Below are positions 10,197 through 25,573 of a stretch of 64,000 nucleotides of DNA, piece after piece. The notes beneath the pieces were generated by a model. The model was not told where the DNA came from and did no database searches. It worked only from the letters and a program-made list of their open reading frames with translations. Source of the DNA: Psilocybe cubensis (taxonomy: Eukaryota); assembly GCA_017499595.2 (NCBI GenBank), contig CM039004.1:1798001-1862000 (forward strand). The letters run 5' to 3'. The translations under genes were made by a program, and so were the position numbers. The stretch's first letter is position 1. Each line of letters begins with the position of its first letter.

Positions 10197-12455
10197 ATGG
10201 AGCCTCATCTGGTCGACAAAAAAGCGACCTTCGCGTCGTTTTCCCACATCCTCGACTCTCGTTTACTGCGTGCATTAGCGGACTCGGGCTTTTCCAGACC
10301 CACCCTTGTCCAAGCCAAAGCGATTCCCCTTGCTCTTGAAAGTCGCGACATCCTTGCCCGCGCCCGTACAGGCAGTGGAAAGACAGCTGCCTATTGCATA
10401 CCTGTCGTGCAGAAGATTCTAAGCATTAAAAGTGTAGGTATGTCGCTATTTTTACTCATAAACTTGCATTAAGTTTGTACTACTAGAATTTGACACCGGA
10501 AGATGAGAATCGGCAAACTACCAGGGCACTAATTCTTGTTCCTACGAGGGAGCTCTCCGAACAAGTTTCAACTTCGCTGAAAGGGCTGATTTCGTACTGC
10601 GATAAGGATATTACTGTTTGCAATGTGGCGGCTGGGACTACATCGCACTTACAACGGTGAGTAAACAAGCATCTTGGTCTTCAGCACTTTTTTCGAGTTC
10701 TTTATCCAGGACCCTCCTTTCAGACAAACCAGATATTCTGATATCCACACCTTCACGGGCTTTGATTCTTTTACAAGCCAAAACCATTTCGCTTTCTGCC
10801 TTGGAATCCCTGGTCATCGACGAAGCTGATCTCATCCTGTCGTACGGACATGATGAAGACGTTCGAGCCATCTTCAGCGGTGGCTATCTTCCTAAAGTAT
10901 ATCAATCATTTTTGATGAGCGCTACTATGACGGAAGATGTTGAGCTGTTGAAAGGTCTTGCTCTTCGGAACCCTGTAAGTCCATGGATCTTTCTCTACCA
11001 GTCGTCTTTTACCTTTTTGTGTGTAGGCTATATTGAAATTAGAAGAAGGAGAGGACGAAGCAGCTCTGCTTAGTCAATATTCAGTCAGGTTCGTTTCTAT
11101 CTTAAATGTTGGACATTTATTTGATGAAAACGTCCAGATGCTCTGAAGTCGACAAATTTCTTCTTATCTATGTCATCCTGAAGCTGAAACTTATCAGAGG
11201 CAAATGTATCATCTTTGTGAATGATGTAGACCGGAGTTACCGTCTAAAACTGTTCTTGGAGCAATTTTCAATCAAAACTTGTGTTTTGAATTCAGAACTT
11301 CCTCTAAACTCTAGGTATCTATCTTTGCAATGCCTTGATGTTGTGAGCCTCACATGTTTGATTCAGATATCATGTTGTGCAGGAATTTAATAAAGGTGTC
11401 TATGACTATATCATTGCTACGGATGAGAGCGGCGCTAGTGGCGAATATGATACTGAAGATGAAGAGGAGGCTGACGAACTAGATAATGAGGAAGAATGTG
11501 GGTTTTCTGTCTCATAATTGATCTTGAACACTTGTCTGATTTCAAAATCAGTCACTTCGACTCAACGTGAACCGGTGGAGGAATTATCTCCAGAGCCTAG
11601 TTCATCCAAACCTGAAACCAACAAGCGGCGACGCGAATCTTCACCACCGTCAGGCAGACCAAGAAAACGCGATCGTAAAGACAAGGGGAAGGCTAAGGAA
11701 TATGGGGTAACTCGCGGTGTTGACTTCGTCGACGTTGCATGTGTTGTCAACTTTGATCTGCCGACCTCTTCACGGTCATACACACACAGAGTCGGTCGTA
11801 CAGCTCGTGCCGGCCGTACAGGGATGTCTCTATCCTTTGTAGTTCCCAAGGACCAGTGGGGGAAAAACAAAGTTGTGGGATGTCTGCCGAGCGCGGAGAA
11901 AGATGAAGTGGTGTTCAATAAGATAGAGAGGGAGCAAGGCGCCAGAGGAAGCAAAATTAAGGAGTATAAGTTTGATATGAAGCAAGTGGAGGCATTTAGG
12001 TATCGCATGGAAGATGCTCTACGGAGTGTTACAAAGGCTGCTATTCGCGAGGCACGGGTGAAGGAGCTGAAGACAGAAATATTGAATTCCGATAAACTTA
12101 AAGTTAGTTCACTCTATTTTCGGTTTTTTTCTGATTAATCAATCGGAATTACTTTCAGGCCCATTTCGAAGATAACCCGCTGGATCTCGAGTTCTTACGC
12201 CATGACAAACCTTTACACCCAACACGAGTGCAGCCACATATGAAGCATGTTCCCAAATATTTGTTGCCCCGCATCGCACCCGTACCTGGTGCTGAAGCTG
12301 AAGGGGACGAGGGCAAAGCAAAATCATTTGTGCCATTTAAAAAGGACCCAATGCGCGGGAAAGGTCGGGGCAGAGGTCGAGGTGGACGCGGTGGAGGGCC
12401 TAGTGGACGTGGAGGGAAGAAAAAGTCCGACCCTTTGAAAAAGTTTGGAAAATAG
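10197..12455 (+). CDS. DBP9: ATP-dependent DEAD-box RNA helicase Dbp9 (60S biogenesis)
   Basis: [81 protein letters not shown]. Confidence 0.93.
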
Positions 12456-12668
12456 TACCTTCCATTAGCGTCTTCCGCGCAATCTCCCATCGATATCAGC
12501 AATGTTCCGGAGGCGGTCATGCAGCACCATGGTTGCAAAGACTGTCTTTCTAGTTTTTCTTGTAAAAGGTGCACGATTTATATACATGGAATATTCAAAT
12601 TATTGTTACATTGTCTGGTATTAAATAAATAAGATGACCTCCACAATGCCGTTTTTACTTTTCGTGGC

Positions 12669-14834
12669 TTAAGCATCGATCCCTTCGTCCCAACCCCTGG
12701 ATCTTTCGACAGCTTTTTGCCAAAATTTCCATTTGCTTTCCCTCTCTTCCGTCTCAGCTGCGGGAGTAAACACACGGGTGCCTTTGGTGTTGACTTGAGC
12801 AAGTGTTTCAGGGTTGGACAAATCCCAGCCAAATGCTTTTATAGCAGCTCCCGCGCAAAGGGCAGCACCCAGAGCCGTAGATCTACAAAAAGAAATTAAA
12901 ATATTGCGGAATGCTAAGATTGGTAACACTCACTCTCTCATTTCAGGTCGAACGACCTCGAATCCACCGAGATCAGCAAGGATTTCCATGGCAAGGTCAC
13001 CGTTGGTCATGCCTCCATCAACCTTCAGGTGCTTGAGATCGCTACCAGAGTCGAGCTTCATGCTCTCAATTACTGCGCGTGTCTGGAATGCATTAGCCTC
13101 GAGGGTAGCGCGCGCTATATGAGATGGATTTGTATATTGCGAAATGCCGATGAGAGTGCCAGCCGCGCCAGGATCCCAGTAAGGTGCGAGGAGACCAGAG
13201 AACGCAGTGACAAAATAAAGGCCGCCAGAATCTGACTCTTTGGCAGCGAGCGTGTTAATTTCACCAGCAGAGTTTATAATTTTCATAGTGTCCCTTAGCC
13301 ATTTGATTGCGCTCCCAGCGACGGCAACTGAAAGGAAGTTAGCTTCTGAGGAGAAACATATGGTGGATTTTTTGAGGTGACTCACTACTTCCCTCCAGGG
13401 CATAGACTGGCTTTGCGTCGGGTCCTGCTTGGTATGCAACCTAGGAAACTTGTCGTGAGTCGCCCGCTCAATTAAAATCAGACATATGATTTACTGTGCT
13501 GAGCAACCCATGATCACTTTTGACAATCTCTCCCCCTGTGCAAAAGAGCAAAAAGGCGCCGGTTCCATAGGTACACTTAGCCTCTCCCTGTTTCAAGCAT
13601 TTGTTTCCAATCAAAGCCGCTTGTTGATCCCCAACAAGACCACCAATGGGAACACCCTTCAGCGGGCCGTATGCAATATCGCCATAGATCTCAGAGGTCG
13701 ACACAAGCTTGGGCAAGATAGACTTGCGGAATCCAAAGAATTCCAAAAGAGAATCTTCCCATTGGAGCGTTGACATGTTCAAAAGCAGAGTACGCGACGC
13801 GTTCGTGACCTCGCCAATATGAATATTCTTCTCGACACCACCCAAGAGGTTCTATTTTCGTAGACAGCGTTTGAGTGACGTGCGAAAATAGACTATAAAA
13901 TAAGGCGCGTACATATGCGACCCAGGACTCAACCGTGCCGAAGAGGAGGTCATCTGCTTCATGAGCCTTTTGTACTTCAGGGTAGTTGTCAATCATCCAT
14001 CGCAATTTGATGCCAGAGAAGTAGGTTGAAAGAGGAAGACCGGTGCTAGAGGGAGTATTAGCCCGAAAGAAGGTGGGATGAAAAACGAGATAGAGCATGG
14101 ACTGACATGCTCCGCAAAGCTTCAATGCCTTCAGCACCCTTCTTCCATACACCGGGGGAAACTTGTATGCCAGTAGACTGGAGCTTGGCTTCATAGTGTG
14201 CAACGGTATTCTTCGTGCGGGAATCTGTCCAAACAATAGCTCTGCACAAGGGCTTTCCGGTCTTACGGCTCCAAGAAACGGTAGTCTCGCGTTGATTGGT
14301 GATACCTGGTAACCTCAGTCAAGCCTCAGATCATATCCAGAACACGGACGCGTACCGATCGCCTTCACGCTGTCCTTCGACCAACCAGCCTTCTCCAGCT
14401 CGGAGATGGCGCCTTCAATACATTGATCTGCATGCTGTTGAATCTCTACAGGGTCGTGCTCGTGCCATCTGCAGCGATGGTTAGAAGTGCATGTAATGTG
14501 ATAATGAAGACGAGACGGACCCGGGGTGTGGGTAGTACTGGGGAAATTCGAGCTGATGTTGAGCAATGATCTCGGCATGTTGGTCAAATACAATGAACCT
14601 GACTGAACTAGAAGTAGAAGGTGCGGTGGGTCAGTACAAGGATTGTACAAGTGGTATGGAGACTTGCGTTGTGCCGCAGTCAAGAGCACCAATGAATTGA
14701 CCTGTCTTCAATGCAGCCATGGTAGATGAGAAACGGAGAGGGAGATAACGGAATAGATATGACGGGGAAGGCTTTATAGCCCTCCCGAAGGAGCCGCTCA
14801 GACGGAAGACGCCCGTCCATCTGGGGAGCAACAT
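12669..14834 (-). CDS. GUT1: glycerol kinase with N-terminal presequence-like extension (second in-frame ATG at 14720)
   Basis: [71 protein letters not shown]. Confidence 0.93.
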
Positions 14835-14910
14835 TGCCGATCTCTTTTTCCTTTCTTTTGTCGTCGTTCTGTTTTGGGAAACATCACGCCCCTCGGTCCG
14901 TCCGGTCCGC

Positions 14911-14918
14911 TATATATA
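14911..14918 (-). promoter_or_regulatory. putative TATA box for GUT1
   Basis: TATATATA about 77 nt upstream of the first GUT1 ATG, inside the 96-bp gap after the mannosidase stop. Confidence 0.4.
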
Positions 14919-14930
14919 TTCTCACAAAAT

Positions 14931-17274
<2,344 letters not shown>

Positions 17275-18313
17275 GTTGAGGGTGTGTCTCTAGTCAACCT
17301 GAAAGAAATTGGAAGTAAAATCTCAGATACAGGCAAGTCAGACTATTCAGTATTTCTGAGCGCCCGTTTCAAGTGTGTCAAAATGTTCAAGTTGATCTAT
17401 GTCGAACAGCCACAGATTAGATGTGAGCAAAAAATCCAGATTCAATCGATGCAACTTGATTTAGGGGCGACTGATGAAAGTATGGGCCATGTACTGAGTT
17501 CAGAAATGAAAAGGAGTGTCTGTTGCGCTGTGGATAGGATATACGAGAAAGATGATGGTGGCAGTGGTCAACCAGGAGTCGACATTCAAATTCAGCTACT
17601 ATTCATGACTCGGGTTATTAATAGGTCATGGACACCAACTTGATTCAGGCACAACTTGCTCCACCCTCAATCTTCCTCACCTTCAACGCAATATCTTTTC
17701 TTTTATTATCCTTCACATGGTCTAATTCATTCCTTCCGAGCTTGACCTTGAATTTCTGCTATGTTTTCTGGTCCTACTATGTATGGTTTTCGCTGTGGCT
17801 GCGCTGGTGGCGCTCCACGTCATCCCAGTCCGACTCGGAGGACCGCACTTGCCTGGATCTCATTCCCTTGAAAGTTGATGGGCACTTGAAGCGCAGAGAG
17901 TCATATTTCCGTGTTGAACTTCCAAAATCCTAGTCAAACTGTTGTTTCCTCATCAGCGCCGCCTGCCATATTCTATTGCGCCGATGCTTTACTTCAAGAC
18001 TGCGTCATTAATTCTCGGCCCAGCAAGGCTATTTTTGCTACTCCTTGTCGATGTGGACGCCCATAGTCATGCAGACTGCTCCGTCGTGTCTTTCTCTGAG
18101 GCTGGTGTGCTTTGCTCATGGATACCGTTGTCAATATGCTGTACATTTCTTCCATTTTGACAAGGCAATTCTGTCAATTTCCCCTGCTTGTCGACAGCCG
18201 CAAGCGTCGGGACACCTTTGACATTCCTCAACAAAAGGGAGAAAATATTTCTACTCCTCGTCAACATCTTTCCTCTCGCTTGTAACTTTCTTTGCGTCTA
18301 ACTCTCTACTACA

Positions 18314-18956
18314 ATGCGGCTATCCTCTTATTATACTACACTGTTAATGGGTCTTATTGTCCTGGTTCACAATGTTCTCGCGCAATCAGATGACGGCAGC
18401 GCCGATATTCCTACTTGTGCTCAAAACTGCGTAGCGCAAACCTCATGCGGGCGAGTCGTCACAGCATGCTTTGAAACATTCTATCTAACAAAATAGTCTT
18501 CTAGGCAGATTACAGTGGATTGTATATGTACGGCAGCAAATGAGGCGCTTCTACAGTCATGCGTCAGCCAAACCTGCTCAGCAGAAGATAGTTCAAATTC
18601 TCTTGACCAGTTGTCTTCGTTCTGCGCATCTGGTGATTGGAATTAAATGATTTTCTCTAGTTGAATGCTGTTCTGAGACTTTCTTCATGATAGGAAATGG
18701 TGGTGGCGACGCAACAAATGATTCCTCTTCCAATGGCTCGCCCGACTCCGGTACTGCTCCGAAAGGTATGTATACTATCTGCAACCATTCAACTTGTTGA
18801 TATATGAACTTGGCTATCGCAATAGCAAAACCGAAGCCTAACCCTAATGCACCGATGCCACAGGTGCCACCCAAAGGAAGCTTTGCGGATAAAACAAGGA
18901 TAGAGTTCGCAATATTCCTTTCATCGATAGGAGCCATCGTTTTGCTTGTGATTTAA
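18314..18956 (+). CDS. small secreted CFEM-domain, GPI-anchored-type protein (about 155 aa, 4 exons)
   Basis: Signal peptide; 8 Cys in IPTCAQNC...TSC...DCIC...QSCVSQTC...SFC; G/S/P linker; hydrophobic tail FAIFLSSIGAIVLLVI*. Exons 18314-18450, 18505-18632, 18694-18765, 18826-18956 are in frame. Confidence 0.8.
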
Positions 18957-19038
18957 CGCCTGGAGCTTGTGTGGGCTAAATGATATCTTCAAATTGGGAC
19001 ATCTCCTTCGCTCTATGTTTAACTTCATGTTTCTCCCT

Positions 19039-19074
19039 CTATTGCTTGTTAAGAAGCTATTGCTTGTTAAGAAG
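19039..19074. repeat. perfect 18-bp tandem duplication (CTATTGCTTGTTAAGAAG x2)
   Basis: Read directly in the 3' flank of the CFEM gene. Confidence 0.85.
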
Positions 19075-19498
19075 TGCTTGAGTTTTAGACTTTTCAGTCC
19101 TTTTTGACTACCAATGGGCACCATATATATACCTTTCCCCTCTGGTGACGTATATCAAAACTTCAAGCTAAAATGAAGCCACCGGGTATTCGGAAGCGGC
19201 TTTGAATTCCTAGCCGCCAGTGGCAACGTCTCGTTTCTTTGAACCTCAGCCCCACGGATCTTGCCACAATCCTCGTGGAAGAACGGCATTCGAAACTAAT
19301 ACTGCTTCATGTCTCCCATGTTATATTATTACCATGTATTGGCACACTTGTAAGGTCGATTGCATATCGAACCTCACGATAATTTTGGACATGGGAACCA
19401 TGCTTTAAAGTCTAGCAATGCACTGTGGTAAATGGTGTCTTCAGCGACTCAATTCCTTTGATAAGGCGAGTTGGCAGTAGCTCTTAGAATTACCGATT

Positions 19499-21302
19499 AT
19501 GCCGCAGCCGCTCAAAGACTTCACCGTGGCTATCGTTGGCGGAGGGATGTGTGGCCTTGCATGGTACGTCGTTGTTATTGGTCGATTTGGTCAAGAGAGT
19601 GATTTCAGATACACTTGGATTAAAAAGTGCTTATGGCTTCGCAAATGCGGGCATAAAGGCTGATGTATTCGAGGCAGCAGTAAGCTGTTATTTCTTGCTG
19701 TTTCTTCTGCAAGCTATAAAGTCCGATTCAAGGCACACTATCATGAAATAGGCGCAGGAGTTGGTTTTGGTAAGTATACAGTGCTGTATGCCAAAGTCTG
19801 AAAAATTTCCTCAAATCATTTTGGCAGGTCACAATGCCATACGCGTTCTGAGGGAACTTGGACTATTCGACACCATCCTCAAAGTCTCTGGCCAGCAGAA
19901 GGCTAATCAACGTCTATTCAATATGATCTCAGGTACAGGAGATCATGAACAAGTTTTTGACGTGAGTCTGCTTTACCTACCAGCAAAAAACTTAAATTGG
20001 TACATACTACGTAGTATGCGGAGTCCTCCGGCCAACAAGGAAACGAAGGACTGGGAGTCTATCGGTAGATGATCTGCCTCTGCCAAATTTTGACATACTC
20101 ATATTTATCTTGCAAGACCTGTTTTTTTGGATGCTGTCATGCCACTTTTGGACCCAACCATGATAAGCACGCATTTTAACAAACGATGTGTGTCCGTTGA
20201 ACAATCAAATACGGGACCTCAGACTCTACACTTTGCAGACGGCACTACCCACGAAGCGGATGTTATCATTGGGGCTGACGGTATAAAAAGCGTTACTCGT
20301 AGCGCAATTGTCAGTGAAACGGATAACCGACTGGCATTTTCGGGCACATACGCCTACCGAGGGTTAATTCCCATAGACCTCTTGGAGACTGAAGGAATAA
20401 AAGCTGATATCAGAAGTCGACCTCACTGCTGGGTTGGGGCAGGAAAGGCAAGAGTTTTCATGACAGAACTTCATTTACGAGCTTTGATGCTTATTTAAAA
20501 TATAGCATATCATCACCTTTCCGATCAGAAACGACACGGTGGTATGTGTTGATCCTTTTCCAGACACCACCGAAAATTTACGTTCGTAGCTTAATGTTGT
20601 AGCATTTTACACAGGGGACAAGATGCTCACTTCCGAGCATTCTCACCCATGGGTTGAAAGTGTGCCACAGGCTGAGGTTCTGAACAGATTTTCTGGCTGG
20701 GGCAACGATGTGATGATCATGCTTAACCATTTGAAACAACCGAGTCGATGGTCCATTCATACACTGTACCCACCACTAGACAGTTATGTTAATGGTCGTG
20801 TTGTCCTTATCGGTGACGCAGTATGCCTTCTAATATCCTCCTCATACTGAGTGCTAGCTGATGATTAAAGTATAGGCCCATGCCATGGTTCCTCATTTAG
20901 GCGCCGGAGTCGGTCAAGGTTTTGAAGACACATATGCTTTATGTCGTCTTCTCGGACATCCCAATGTCCGAAAGGCGAATATAGAGGTTGATCTCATATT
21001 TATACAGGAAAATTTTAATTTAACAACAAATGTGACAGACAGCTCTCAAGATATACAACGAAATACGACCACCTCGTGCCAACATGGTTTTGAAGAGAAG
21101 TTTGCGAGCGGGAAAAATATACGAGAGCTATGGGCCCGGGTTATACGACATATCCAAGATGCGACACAATCTTATGGGGATATGGGAGCCTGTATGGCGG
21201 TTTGATCTTATGGACCAAGTTGGGCTCGCCATCTTGAAGGAGTTTGAGGACTCGCCGCAAAGCGTGGAGAAACAGAAAAACCCATCCACAACGAAGAGAT
21301 AA
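19499..21302 (+). CDS. FAD-dependent aromatic monooxygenase (salicylate-hydroxylase-like, group A)
   Basis: VAIVGGGMCGL, EIGAGV, DVIIGADGIKS, AYRGLIP, VVLIGDAAHAMVPHLGAGVGQGFED. Confidence 0.88.
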
Positions 21303-21928
21303 TGACTACATGACAAGCAGTTTCGCGTAGAGAGAGAGGTATGATCCCAAAGGACACCACCGATCTATAAACTCACACATTTTTTGAAATAAGAATCTCA
21401 AGGGTCTTCAGTGCTAAGTACTTGGCAACTTGACTTTTATTTAGCCGCCGAACGGTTATTAATAGAACACTAACGGTCACATGTTTTCAGTCTGTAACTT
21501 TGTCAGTTAAATCAGTACCAAGTTTCTCATCCCCAAAAGACTACGACGAGGCTAGTAAGCAACAGATTTTTCTGAGAAGCTTGAATAGGTCGTAAGACCA
21601 TCAATATTGTTCATTCATATGACTGAGAATCTACCAGGCAAAAGTCACTCCTATTGATTGGCATCTAGTACTATATCCATGCAATCATGATTGAAGTTTT
21701 AGTATACTACAGACTTCTGAGAGGATAAGAACTGTTGTACTCATTGATATCGGTATTCGAGATATTTACACAAAAACTGGTACAGGTACAGCCTACTCTC
21801 TTCAAGTCAATGCGGCCAAGAGTCTTTAAGAGTTAAGACAACATCACATGATCAGCTGAGTTTGAAAGAGCAACCCTTGATTGCATGCTGATGAACGACA
21901 GTCCCGCGCCATAGGGTAATTCGTGAAC

Positions 21929-24900
21929 ATGTCGAGCTACGACAAGGTCGTGAAGTTGGCCTGCAAACCAAAAGCTGCTCCTCCAAAGGCCAAAGTAAAT
22001 TCAAACAATTATTCTTCTTTCCTGCCAACTCAACTATATTATTATTCTAGTACATAGACCCTATCATTGCTGCAACCTGGTCCGATGACGGCGCCGTCCA
22101 TGATGTGTGCAAAGCCCTCGCCCCTCGCCTCCGAGAACCGAATGCTATTGTGCGTTGAACATTTAACTTGTGTGTAAATAATGCTCTTAACCCCATCGTC
22201 TAATTCATTAGGTAGCATTTAAGGCTCTGATCGTGCTTCACACAATGATACGCAATGGGGCCACAGACAATGTACTTTCCTATTTGTCATCTTCGGAAAT
22301 CCTTCGTCTGCGTAACATAACTGCAGGGAATTGGGAAGGTTGGTATCAATATCACCATCTATTTCATTGTTGCCACTTATTCAATGTTTATAGGATATGC
22401 TGCTCCTCAGAACTTGCAAAATTACGCACTCTATCTTGATTCTAGGATTCGGGCGTACAAAGACCTCAAACATGATGCCGTCAGGGTGCAAGCCGAAAGC
22501 AACCGGGACATGCGCAACTCACAATCGATCGAGGAAGACGGATATCGAGGCCGGAAAGATCGTCCCATTAAAACAAGTGCTTCCGCTCCTGCCAGAAGCA
22601 AGACCATTATGGGGAGGAAACTGAGATCTATGACTGTCGAGAAGGGCCTACTACGAGAAACGAGAGCTGTTCATGGAATGATTGATGCTTTAGTGGAATG
22701 CCGCGTATGACTTGTGATCAGCACATGTCTTTTTCGCCGTGCTAACCTATTTCATTGTCACAGTTTTATCTGGACGACTTGGAAGATGAGTTGACAATAA
22801 CTGCATTACGCATGTTGGTCAAAGATCTGCTTATTCTTTTCCAAGCCGGAAACGAGGGTGTTATAAATGTCCTAGGTCTGTCTTTCATAGACATCACAGC
22901 GAGCCAAGCTAATCGCACTTTTGACAGAGCACTACTTCGAAATGTCCCACATTGATGCAACAGAAGCCCTGAAGATATATCGCAATTTCTGCAAACAGAC
23001 AGAATACGTGGTTGAGTACTTGGGAGTTGCCAAAAAGTTGCAGAACCTGTTAAATGTTTCTATACCAAATCTGAAGCATGTGAGTATCTGAATTGTAATT
23101 CTTTGAAGCCAAGTACCCAACGTCTTTCAGGCTCCCGTTTCATTGGCTGGTGCCCTTCAGGAATATCTTGATGACGCCAACTTTGAACAAAATCGGATCG
23201 AATACAAGACTAACAAAGCCGCTACTGAAGGTGGGCCTAAGTCATCAGCCAACGGGAAACAAACCAAAGCAGGCGAGTGATAAATTTTATTTGTGCCTCT
23301 CAGGCAATCCATTGACCAAATTCTTCCTATAGCTACTATCAATGGCAAATCTGCCGAGGCATCATCATCCAAGGCAGCGCCTACCGTAGAGGTTTCAAAG
23401 TCCGGGGAAAACAAGGACGTAATTGACTTCTTTTCGTCTATTGACGAAAGCCAACCGACCATGTTTAACCCACAGACTAATAGGTAAGAGAGAGAAATGC
23501 TACACTGTTTCAAGGTCTCAAGTATTTAATTTATCAACAGCCCAAGTACGGCCTACTTCCACCAGCAAGCTTCGAACCCTTTTGGTCAAATGTTAACCGG
23601 GCAGCCTATGCTGCAACAACCTGCTCAACCACTTGCTTTTCAACCAACTGGATTCGTTGCTCCCCAACAACCCAATCAACCTAATCCGTTCGCAAATTTC
23701 TTGTCTCCACAGGTCCCCCAACCCACAGGTCACAGACCCTTTTCATCTTATCTGCCTTCTCACACTACAGGATTTGTTCCGCAACAACCTACCCAGCAGC
23801 AACAGACACAGAATCCTCAACAATCCAATCCTTTGCAAACACAACAGGCCAATTTCCTGCAAGCACAACCGCATTCGCAACCACAGTCGCAACAATCGCA
23901 GTCAGCTCTTTTTCTATCACCACAGACACAACAACCTCAGCAAACGAACTTCTTGCGACCACAGCAAAGCGGGTTTCTTCAGCCTCAGGCTACTGGTGCC
24001 AATCCCTTCAGGCAAAGTATGCTTATCCCCCAAAGTACTGGAATGGCTTTGTTTGGCGGAAGCTCTCAAACACCATCATTTGGCGCCCCAACCTTTGAAA
24101 TGCAGTCAAACCCGCCTTCTACGCTAAACACAAATTCGACTACGTCCGCATTCTCTTCCCTAGGCTCAGGTCCAGCAGCATCATCGTCGTCGTTCATGGC
24201 GCCAAAGCCCTCTACCTTCGGTACGGCTGGGACAAACAGCACACCGGCACGTCCGGCTTCTACACCACTTACTTCAACTGGATCAGCTCTTTCTTCAACT
24301 CCCCAGCCTGTAAAAACACATCAAACGGGGACGAAGAACCCTTTTGGTCCCATAACTGTTCCCCCACCTCCTGTTCCAAAGCAACCCACACTCTTTGAGT
24401 TATCATCCCTAAGCATTTCAAACCCAAACCAGGTCAACTTTCAACCAAACCAGTCTTCATCACAAGCACAACAGCAGCAGCCCCAGGCAACTGGGTTCAA
24501 TTTCAATACTAGTGCTTTGAATCCGGGGGCCAGCGACATATCCAGTGTTGCGTCATCTTTTGCCTTCTCAAATTCTAAACCACAAACATCGACAACTTCT
24601 CCTCCTTCCATTACTGGCAGCTCGGCGACAGCAACTGGATCCACTCATATGGACACAGTCTTCTCATCAACGTTATCGGCACAACCTACGGGCGCTATGA
24701 ACTCTTCGACTACACCCTCAATGCAACCCTCAGCTTCGTCCCTCAAGCCACAAATGACAGGGTTTTCAGGACTGAAGCCTTTTAAACCATCATCATCTTT
24801 TGGTGCCTCGTTGATGGAATCACTACCTGCAATTCCGGGGTCGGTTCCAACTACACCTTCGGTGAGCGGTTTACCAACCACCAGTGGTACTACCTCTCCT

Positions 24901-25239
24901 CCAAACGGAAGCACGTTTACCTCCACAGTCGCGTCACCTACAAACGGAATTACCGGTAATTTCGCTTTCTTGAATACTCAACCTACAGGAGCAACTGGAG
25001 GTTTAGGTGGTTCCTTTGGCTCAACCCTTGGGGTTGGTTTGCGGCCCCAAATGACAGGTGGTGGTTCAGCCAATCCATTTAGAGCGTCGATGGCAACTGG
25101 TGGGGGTAACAGTGGTGTATCCTCTTTTGCCAATTTTCAACCGTCGCCTGCTATAAATTTCGGTTCATCTCAACCTTTCAACACCGGGATATCAGGAAAC
25201 CAGCAGCAGCAACCAAGCTCCACGAATTCATTGATATAG
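21929..25239 (+). CDS. ANTH-domain clathrin adaptor (AP180/Yap180-like)
   Basis: KLACKPKAAPPKAKY, VAFKALIVLHTMIRNG, LVKDLLILFQAGNEGVINVLEHYFEM; long disordered tail with NPF and QxTG repeats. Confidence 0.9.
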
Positions 25240-25573
25240 TAGCCTTATGCCCTTAGTAGTTTTAATGCCGTTCAGGACTCCATATCCCCCTGATTATTGG
25301 GAAGTAACCCCAGGGATTTTTCGTCCTTTCAATTTTACTTCTTGGATCTTTGGGACTTTTTTGTGATGTAACTCCTTTGCAGTTTTTTTCTAGTTCATCC
25401 ATTTTGTACATTCTTTTCCATATTAATTATCGTTCTTTCAGTAGTCACGTTTTTTCCATGACCATTCCCTTCAAAAACTACTGTCACCGTGACACTTTCT
25501 CACATCACCTTCCTCTTTTACTTTCTTGCACTTTAAACACCTTACTTCACCTCCGTCCAAATCTATATCTGTA

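Noticed and set aside
17560-18267. Purine-rich minus-strand stretch resembling a decayed coding sequence, and plus-strand ORF 17628-17933
   Set aside because: Multiple stops in the minus frames, no recognisable domain, no terminal repeats; cannot be supported as a pseudogene or transposon without a homology search.
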